From Tubulanus polymorphus (lineage: Eukaryota > Animalia > Nemertea), in contig NC_134035.1 in the NCBI RefSeq assembly GCF_964204645.1, positions 9,580,451 to 9,644,450 of the forward strand: a stretch of 64,000 nt of DNA. The letters are read 5' to 3'. The notes beneath the pieces are model-generated. The model was not told the origin of the DNA, ran no database searches, and saw only the letters and a list, made by a program, of their open reading frames with translations. Positions 11,280-21,905 of the stretch are shown here, in pieces. A program made the position numbers and the translations under genes. Position 1 is the first letter of the stretch, and every line of letters begins with the position of its first letter.

Positions 11280-13092
11280 TAACATAATCATCTTTACAAC
11301 CGACGTTCTAAACTTATTCATTACTATACGGGGCATTGTGGCTTATGTTGTGGCTTAAAAAGGTTCTTCTTTGCTTGATATAATAATGAAGTTTGAATAC
11401 ACCCGTCAACTCACGTAACGTGTTAGTTACTTCGTACACAGTGTCAACAAATAGGATTTAGCCGAGCTCAAACGATTGAAAGCTGTTTCGTTCCCATAAT
11501 GTTATATACGATAAGACCGTTATTAAATGGTTAAAATGGTTGTATCACAAATGGGTATAAAAACGAAAAAGTTTGCTTTTCTAATTGGGTTTATCGCTAC
11601 TACTGCAAAGGACGAAGTTACGTAATAGATACAGGAAATCCAGATAGATAATTTTATTGTCCAGTACTTACGCTTTGATTCCGAAATTAGGATCGACGAC
11701 GTCCATTTTCGATTTCGTAATTATTTCACGATATGTCCAACGAGATGAAATCTTTCGCTCCTATGTTCGTAGCTTATTATAGATGAAGTTAAAATGTCTT
11801 CTAATTGGGAGATCCTTCTTTACCTATTAATCGCTCCATGTGTGTTCGAATTCATCATGGGAAAAAATCTCCTTAAATCCGGTGTTTTTTTTCGAATCGA
11901 CGACAAATTCTACGCTTATAGAATAACGATGGGTCGCGAAAATACGACCAAATTGTACGGATAATTCTCCTAATTAAATGTTCACAGCATAGTGGAAAGC
12001 GGATTAAATCAAAAAAAGATCCGGATACCGAAAACGAAGCAGCTAATAACTAAACGTACTTCAGGCAAACAATACGCGCGCCGATTGTAGGACGTAATCG
12101 TGCATTTTTCCAATGAGTAGTTTGCATCGATTTCGGACGTTAGCACCCGAGGAATGGCGCCTATTCAGAGGAGCAGTATTGTAATGATTTGCATATCAGC
12201 GTTGTTGGCGTGGGTCTTGTTGAATCAGTGAGAGACACATCCGTTCGTTCTGTTTATACGATTGATCTTATCAATTCATATATGTATATATATAAATAAT
12301 ATTTTAATGTATGGTAGTTATATGATTGCCATGTGTGTGGATCGAGGGGAAAAGTTCACCAGTTTGCCAGCATCGCAGAACAGGTGCTCGCGCCCGAAGG
12401 TTTATCTAAGGGGAACGCGCGAACGTAATAGTATCATATTCTTCAGGCAGGATCCAGAGTTTTACAACGAATTTATCTAATGTGATTGTTAGAGTGCAAC
12501 TGCCTTCAGTATCCACTTCCATTAAAATCGATGCTGCTCAACGCCACGTCCATTCCGAAAAATCAAAATTAGTCAAATTCATCTATCTCAGAAGCGGGCA
12601 CTGCTGTTTGAAACCTGTTTGTCTCAGTATTTCGATCAATTTCTATTCAACCTCTTGAAATAGATGAAATGACTATATATAGTTATATATATCTTTAGTC
12701 ATACAACAGATGCTGGGGGTGATTATCACGACAAAAATAGAATGATTTGAATACATATTATAAGTTATATATGCATGCCAAACAGATTTTCAGTTAATAT
12801 TTCTTTATCATTGACGTCATTTGGTCATAATCCCGGTCGAATCAAGGTTTTTCACGTATTTATGGTAATTAGTTGTTTCTTTATCGGTGTGTTCCTGGCG
12901 GGTATCGGCGTTAGACACAAAATATGTAACATTAACACGAGCTTCAATCAAGAGTATTCATAGGGAATTATGTGTCACTGTTGTCATAGTTATACGTATT
13001 AACTTTTTTTCTATTTTCCACCTTCTCCTGGTGGTTATTTTCTGTGTAACTTTATAAGAAACGAATATGATCTGATTAATTCGGAATAGTAG

Positions 13093-13094
<2 letters not shown>

Positions 13095-13162
<68 letters not shown>
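13095..13162. repeat. (TA)n microsatellite
   Basis: Uninterrupted TA run of about 34 units. Confidence 0.95.
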
Positions 13163-13165
<3 letters not shown>

Positions 13166-13429
13166 CGGAGAAATCAAAGAGTAACACGTATTTCATTCCA
13201 CTTTAAAAGGGCGTGGGTAATGTGCAACGTGTGCAAGATGAGAACTGTGATAAACCGTACTATCGTTTGTGTTGGGTCTGTATACATATTCCCGAGTATG
13301 TCGTACATCTATAATGACTTCGAATGACGTAGCTTTTCGTAAACCAAAAATAAAGCCATTTGTGCATTTGCAATAGTAATACGTCGTGTACGTGGAAAGA
13401 TTTGCCGGATATCTACTCGGATTTCATGC

Positions 13430-13830
13430 ACATGATTTTTCGACGCCGTAAAAACCGTTACAATAATGTTTATATACATTGATACCTTATACGTTATTAT
13501 AAGGGTGCTGTGTGATTCGATGTGAACTACGTCATCAATATTGGCGTTTCAAAAAAAAAATTACAATGTGAATTTTGGCGTAGATTTTGTAATTAAACAT
13601 ATTTCATAACGTTTTGATTTTATTATTGATGAATCGTGATAACCATTTTTGAGAGGACGTGCAGTAAGACTGGTTGCCGCTCAATTCAATTCAATTATCG
13701 ATATATTGAAATCCAAAATAACTTCATTGGTCCTTGATATTATACGATTTATATTATATTATAGTATACTATTCATTGTCGACAATATTAAGCAATATAT
13801 GTGTTTTCAAGGTGTCATTTAACTTTAAAG
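13430..13830 (+). repeat. Dispersed repeat of about 400 bp, homologous to 43880-44310
   Basis: Both share cgttacaataatgtttat, ctacgtcatcaatat.g.cgtttcaa, agactggttgccg.tcaattcaattcaattatcgat and tcgacaatat. Confidence 0.7.
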
Positions 13831-15125
13831 TTAATTTTTTCTTGTTACGTCGTAATATCTAGTGTCAGCATCACCACAGAAATTCAATCATCATGATTTC
13901 ATTTTTAACCGAGCCTTGTTCAGGTTTTAGTTTCCAGACGAAACAGACGTGACGCCAGTCTGAAAAAGTTACGTTACGCCACAAATGTACTGCTTTCTTG
14001 GTCAGCTTTTTTGAAAAAAAAAGTCACGTTCTCGTATCAAAACAGAGAAAAGAGAAGAAGTCTCGTCAATTCATTAGCAAAATATTGTATTTCGTCGACA
14101 AGATTGTTAATACAAAATATCCTGACGAGTTTTTGGCGGATCTGTTGGAATGAAACATAGAACGTCTATTATTACATCGATTTTAATATCTCGCTTATCA
14201 ATGATAGCGCATTATATTTCAACTAAACCATGAGGCCTTTTCTAATTACTTGGAGCACGGATTTTTTCAAGAAGAAAAATAGGAGGACAAGGGGATAAAT
14301 GAGAATTTAAAAAAATTTTCTTTTAATAGGCGTTTCGAAATGAAAGGGAACAAGAAAAAAATATTTTTTTTTCCGATCACTTGATCGAGTATTTCCAAAC
14401 CGCTGAAGAAATACAGAAGGAAATTAAAAAAGAGTAAAAATTGTGATGTATTTGATTCAAATGCCGGGAGAATTTTTTTTAGATTTTTTAACTTACTTCA
14501 TGCAAATCATGAAATTTGAAAATTTAAGATGAACATTACGTACCTCTTACAAGTTTACTAGATTGAAAATCAAGACGATTATAACAAAAACAATTGTTGA
14601 AAAATTGTGATGAAAACACGAAGGGGGTTAAAAAATATCATTCTCTATTTGATGATTTTTGCAGAATTCTGGGAGATGGATCCATGCTACGAGTAAAAGA
14701 AAAAAGGTACAAATCGTGTATTTAAATCACAAACCATTTTAAGGTAGCGAATCAAGCCTCAACGAACCCGACCCGCCCACCCCCCCCCCCCCTTGTTTAT
14801 TCTTTTACATCTTAGGTCATACTTAGGTTTATGGCGCGTGACATTTTTAGTAACGTAATCTATAGTCGTAAGAAGAATTAGGACAGAAATACGGCTAAAT
14901 GCCTGAACAACTTTCGAGTATCTAATTCAAATAGTGGATTCGTTTTCTTTGCAGTTTCACTTCTGTTTTCTGCGAAATCGGATGTAAAAATAATAAATTG
15001 ATAAATATTCACTTTTTGTATATTATTTACATTATAAAATCAACGATCGACTAACAAACAAACAAACAAACATATCAATGTTTATGCGTGTAGAGGGTCC
15101 ACATGCTTCTTTAGATGGTTTAACG

Positions 15126-15412
15126 CTAAATATACTCGACAATATCACAAACTAGCGGGGACTGGATTTTCTCTCGAACCGGTTTACTGTTAGTGTCAAA
15201 TCGCACTTGTTTTACGGGTAATCGATCCACCAATAGAATCTCGCGTTCCTCAGATGACTGCCGCGATGTATCGGGTCTCGGCGCACACGTCCTTCGGGCG
15301 GAGTTCTCCGATTTGTTGCGGTGCGGTGTGGAACACTTCCTGCCGGTCGGGACGAACTCGCGATTGACGATGATCGGTTCCGGATCTTGTCGTGGAGCTA
15401 CTCTAGCGCTAC
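15126..15412 (-). CDS. GABBR2: GABA-B R2 last coding exon (...KQVRF...CDIVEYI*)
   Basis: catccag|GT, phase 1, open to TAG. The C-terminus resembles the insect GABA-B R2 ending CDIVEYL (recalled, not verified). Confidence 0.8.
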
Positions 15413-18400
15413 CTGGATGGCGAGATTTAAGACAAAACAAACAATCGGTTAGCAGATTAGAGAGAGTTCAGATTATCGTTCACGAATAATGAAAAAATGA
15501 ACTGTCAGTCAAAAACAATATTCAAATATATAAATATATATGACAGAATGAAAAGCCAATCGTACGGGCATGAAATTTTCCAACTCCACACAAACAGCGT
15601 GTAATGTGTTGAAAGTCATTAGCATCTATTCATAAACGTTGCACTTCTGGAGGTGTTGTTGTTAGTAAATTAATGCATGCAGACACGATCCTTTTAGCAA
15701 GTAGTATTAGTAGAGGGGCCTGACAAACACTAATCAAAAACGTTCGGGGAAGTGTTATGTTAGTAAGATCTTAATTGACATGAAACTGTAACTAATTACG
15801 TTTTAGCACCATGCCCCGTGCTTTAGATTATCACGAGCAACAACGATCGTGGTGTTGAGAATTGATTGGATAGCCTTAGCGCTTGGCGCTTGAAAAATCA
15901 AAGTGTTGTTTAACTCAAAAAGTGACTGTGCAGCAAGAACAGACCCGACGAGAAAAATAAGAGATTTGTTGTGGATTTTCTCGTATTGTCATGGTTTCAA
16001 CACTTAGCTCTAGAAGAAAGTACCTTTTAATCCAATTTTTGCCGGCTTTCGATAGATTTGGAAGAAGCCTGACTACAAGTTAAATGTGTATGCAAATCGA
16101 CAATATGACCGCAAGCACCATTGGTGTATCGGCATTTCAAACAAACATCTTTTATATGATACATATTGGGCGGATTGGTTGTGTCGAAATATCTAATGGT
16201 AAAGTCAAGACCTAGGATTAAATTAATCAAGACATGACATTTTTGCGCACAGTATTTGTACGTTTGCGTTGGCGCTGGGGAGGGTGGGGGTGGGTGGCTG
16301 ACCGAACCCGTGTGTGTAAATCTCAATCAAAAATCAGTGAGTAACAGAAACATACCGGCGGCCAGATCACGATAATAACGATGTCGTAGGATCTGTGACG
16401 TCATCATGTTCTACAATGTGAAGAGTGTTAGTAAAACACGTGTTAGTGACACAAAATACAAAATCATTGACAGACAACAAGAACAACCGTTCATTCGCAT
16501 GAAATAAGAAAAAAAAGATAAAAAATCTATCGAAAACGAGTATTAGTAGGTATTAGTATAAACGTTATGCGGTTAAGGAAAAATCGATATTTTGAAACAC
16601 GTAAAAATCTGCTCAAAAAACAGATCAAAATTAGTAGTAAATCTACACGGAAATAATTAAGTCGTACGTTAGATAAACTATCTCTATGAGGATGACGAAC
16701 AGAAAGCTCCGTTATTTCAGGAATATGCCAAATACATCATTACCGTTATCTTTGTAGGGAAACTGATGTTTCGAGATAGCGCCCGGAGACACTCAAAGAT
16801 TTACAACTAACGTCATATTAAACATGATAATATATGCAAATATTTAAATAAACAGATCATGCAGTATTTACCATGCTTTTTATATGAATATTTTGTTTAC
16901 AAAATGCTTATTTAGTTTTCATAGCGTCGTTTTCAAATCTGCAACTGAAACGAACAAAAATGATAGAGAAAAAATAAAATGGACGACGCCGTGCGGCCGA
17001 CTGCGCATGCTCGGGGGAGTTAAGCGCAGGGATATATGTAACAACATAATTATGCATAAAGGTGCGAACGGTCGCGCATGCGCATGCAGAGCTATTATGA
17101 TGATAAGGGAATGAATGAATGAATGAATGAATGAATGAATGAATGAATGAATGAATGAATGAATGAATGAATGAATGAATGAATGCATGAATTAGTGAAT
17201 GAATTAATTTTGTTTCAATCATTACTTGGGACGAATAATCATTGACGAAAAATTTGGACCAATGTTGCACAGACTAAGTGACTGAATCGATTAGAAAAAG
17301 ACTGTTTTTCAGTTACTAGTCCAATCATCGATTTGATTTGTGATTCTTTTCCAATAGATGTTGTGAACCTAGATACATCAAATAAGCGCATAGCTTCGTT
17401 GTACACTATTCTACGGTTTAAACTTTCGGAAATTCGTTCTCCAAATTTGGTGAAAGAAAATGTAGGATTCGTGGGGCATTTTTCAAATGGAAAATCAGCG
17501 ATAGAAAAAAATGTAAATAGTACATAAACGTTTCGATCAATACTCCATTACGTATTGGAAACACATCATTAACAAACCGGAACAAATCAAACCTGGAAGA
17601 CTATGCACGCTACCCGTGTCTGATTTCTCCGCGTCGGAATCGACAGGTTCAACGTGAGAATTCATTTCGGCAGCTATATGTTTCAGGCCTGGGTAAGGCG
17701 GCGGTGGTGGTAGTGGTTTGGTATTGTTTGCTATCACTTTCTGTGGTATTCTACTGAAAATAGATAGATATCGATATGCACGCGATAACGTGATATCTCA
17801 CAATAGGCAGTAACGACTGAACGTATTCCCGATTAGGAATATATCAAAAAACACTCTACCAGTCGCTTCAATCAGGTTTACATGCTATTCTGGAATAGGT
17901 AGAGCGTACGGAAGCGATAAGGGGCCTCGAGATGTCGCGTTCCAACTGGAACGCGACATCTCGAGGCCCCTTATCGCTTCCGTACTTCCGTAAGAGCGTA
18001 TTCTGGTTGATCGGAACGTTCAGGAATCGGCAGAGTCCAATCGAAACTTGCCTAGGAGATAATTACTAGAAAGAGTCGAAACGTTGAGATATACTGCTGG
18101 CTCAAGGAAGCATTTCGGACCCCATTTTTTCTCTTAATGCGGGGATTTTATAACTATCGTTTCAACGCGTACATAGTATTTCATCAATAGCCAACGATAG
18201 ACACGCGAACACTGCTGAACGGTGCAGGTGAATTGAAAACGACTGTTAGACAAACACTTATAGATCACTACTTACTTGGTTTCGTTCAATGGAATATTTT
18301 CTAACACGACGTCTTCGTCCGAGTTTTCTAGATCGAAATATACCCTGCTGTACCTCTTCACGGTGTCGTTCCCGGCACCGTTCTGGTCGACAATCGGAGT

Positions 18401-21400
18401 AAGTACGATCGGCGAACGTTTCCTGAAATATCAAATTCACCTATACCACATAAGAGGCCTATATTGACAGATCGAAGCTAATATTCATAGTCGAGTTAGT
18501 TCAGTTCAGTTCATGGTTAATCTTAACTTCAGAAGCTAATTAATCAAAAGCGCTCGTGGTTTGGTTTCGGCACCGATAATACATCGGTATCAATCTTCGC
18601 ATTGATTATCGGTGAGTATAGACAGCTTTGCTTTGCCGACCGAACCCTCTCTCGTTAACAAATACTGGCGAAGTTCGTTCATAAATCCAGGAAATATTTG
18701 CTCATATATACAACTAGTTTACTCAAAAGCAAAGGGAATGATTTTTGTATAGATTTGATCTGGTATAAAACTTGTGAAATTATTAAGTATAAATCTAATC
18801 ATTAATATTTACTCATGTGATACAAGAGCTAACCACATCAAACTTTAGACGTTTTACATACAAACTCGGGCAGGGCAAGGTTAGGATTTCGTTGTTCGTC
18901 GATTAGTGCTCAGGTATTAATCGAACGCGCCATAGTTCGATATTAAACTCGTTTCGCAGTGGCGGCCAGTTTGGTCTGAACTAGGTCTGAACTATACAGC
19001 GTCCGTGCTCATCCAGTGGTCGACTATTTTCGGACTATAGTTTCGACTAACCGACATTCGGTTTCACTCAGTTCGCAAATAGTCGACTAACTCCGATAAC
19101 CGAAGTTCGCCCGGGGAAGCTTACTTCGTTGTGGGTACTACCGACAAATTTCTTACCCAATTTCAGACATTTCTATGGTATCCGTGTTACGAGTATCGAT
19201 ACTTTCAGTTCGTTCTCTGATGTACAGTTTAGAAGAGCCCGTGTTATCCGCCGTCCACAAATGCGTCACGCTAGTCGACGAGTAAACTGAATCTGTGTCA
19301 TCGGTGTAGCCTGTCGGTGATAAGAAATAGGTCCTAGATTTATCATTACCGAGTCCCTCGGTGGATTCACAAATTGGAGCGGCTATCGCCTGCAACCAGA
19401 CCCGCATTGACATCTTTACTGCGGGGTTATAATGCGTATAACGAGATTGAAACAGAAAACTGGTCCCACATCGATATAAAACAAGTAATTCTTATGTACG
19501 TTCGGTGCTTTGAATTAGAAGAATTTGAAATATACGTCGACGGACTCGAATCCCGTGTGTCAGATCTTATAATTTGACGCAGCAAGAAACGATGTCTTCG
19601 AGCGGTATTTATTTCCGATAGACTTAATAATCTCGTACGTAAGTAAATCAATCGTTTAAATGTCTCGATATATTTACCTGGGGCGTATCTATAATTGTTG
19701 TATGGGGAATTATTCAATCTGAGGGAAGCGACAGTCTTGTGGACGGGAGAAGAGATGCCGTCTGGAATGGTTTCATCGGGCGGCACATCACCGACTTGTA
19801 CCAACAGTTCTTCCAGCTCGCGCTCCTTCTAAATAAATCAAACATATTTGAGTTGATAATAATTATTGTTATTAAGTTTATTTCTTTACTCAAAAGTATT
19901 TTACTAAAACTACATTTTGTTAATCCAAATTCAGAGACTATTGGCAAAACCATTGGAAAGGGTACGGTACCTGAAGGAAATACGATATTTTGATATAACG
20001 AATCTCAAAATCTCGATCAAATAATTCATACAACGTTTCGTTTGTATGGAATATACCGTGGCGGATCTAAGCTATGTTCAACTGTATTTCAGAATGCAGT
20101 CAGAAAAATGCGACTAACATATTTTGTAGAAGTGCCTAATCTGCCAGAGGTCCAGAATGCCTTAGATGCTAGGAAAAAGAGTCTTTCTTTTAAATTTTCA
20201 AACCCCCCTCTTGATGTGCTTCTACCGTCGGCAAGTTGCCAGAACATTGAGCAATCTAGGAATAAAGCCAAATCCACCCCGACGTGGCACTTACATCTGC
20301 CAGTATTTTTGCTAGCTGCATATTTTCCTCCGAAACGCGTTTGATCTTTTGACCGATGTCGTTACTGTGGTTGCTATCTCGTTTACTGATTTTCTTTAAT
20401 GTGGCTCGGATTCTGCGTTCTTCACCTTTTGGATCTTTTCGCAATTGGATTAACTGAAACAAAAACAAATTGGACGGCAAAAATAAATCCATCAATTTTC
20501 TTCGCAGAAACACGCACATTCGCTTGTTATTCATTGATTACATTTCTTTTTTCAGAACACGGGGGATATTTTTGTAGAAGTATATTGTATATCGAAGTTC
20601 ACATCTGAATAAATTCAACACGACTGCGCCTTTTAGTGAGGCCCTGTGTAACTAGAATTTTTCGATACAAAAGCAGCGCTATTGCGATTGTTGTTAAACT
20701 ACACCATGATAATCCTTTGTTATGGAACAAGGGAATTATGTAGGATTTCTAACTGCATTTCGATGAATTTTAGTAATCAACTGTATAAGCTAACATTGCT
20801 TTTAAGAATGCTATACATAGACCCCTACACGTGTTCAAAAAACTTAATGAGACGTTCGTCGCCTGTTTTTTGAAGATATAACGATGGACCCCTCCTTAGC
20901 TTACACCGCAATTAAGTACTACTTCAACAAAGCTTTTATCTCGATTCTTATATTCTCATGGAAATCCATCATTTGATCTGTAAACTTTGATCTTACTCTG
21001 ACTTCCACGTTTAGTTGGCATCAAAAAAAAAATCCAACGAAACCATATGCGGCGCGATATGGTCTTGCCAGAAACTAACCTTTGGTACAAAGACTAGACA
21101 CAGTGTGATGGTCGTACAAAATATGATGAAAAGGCTGATTATAATGAATGCTGCGTTTAACTGGTCTTTGATGATGAAGGAAATGGCTGCTCCGCTGACA
21201 CACATGATAACTACGTTATATACGCTCATCCCTATGTATTTGCTGTCGTTTAACGCTGGTATGCTGACCTGGCGAGTTTCCCAGGCCAGGAAACACCCGA
21301 ATATCTGTAAAGTGTTAAAAGTGAAGAGATTACAAATTGCTTTTGCGTTCATTGACACTTTGATTTCATAGCATTATGTTTACAGTCACTAATCTACCTA

Positions 21401-21872
21401 CATTTTTTAGATATTGATATTGATATTGTATGACAAAACACAATTATAAGTAGACACGAATTCCAATACTTATATGGCGGTTACACGATAATATGCATAT
21501 ATCGTATAATGTCTTTAATTGCATTCCATCACTGATATTTTACTAATACTTTATTGACCCTCAAGGAGCAAATTTCTGTCCAAATGCTTTAGTTAGAAAG
21601 TTGCAACTAGTTTTGTCATTGCACCTGAGTTAAATGAAAGTAAATTGATAGATTTACGCATTGATGGGTATACTCGGTGTAGTACTTTGGGATATAGTTG
21701 CCCTTTTTTCAAGTGTAAGCGCTCGCTCTGAAATCTGAGTATCAACATACCAACAACAAGCCTTTATATGCATAGATAATTCCCATCCATATTGTCATGT
21801 ATTCGCTAAAACAATACTCAAACAATGGAATAATAGCCACCTCGCTGTTTGGAAGCATCTGTAATTGAAGAA

Positions 21873-21905
<33 letters not shown>

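Noticed and set aside
16908-17270. ORFs with HSFI repeats
   Set aside because: They are translations of the (GAAT)n microsatellite.
19389-19391. Alternative acceptor ttgcag|GCG for the Ser/Thr-rich exon
   Set aside because: Out of phase with the upstream phase-1 donor and gives a stop within a few codons. The acceptor at 19418 keeps the frame.
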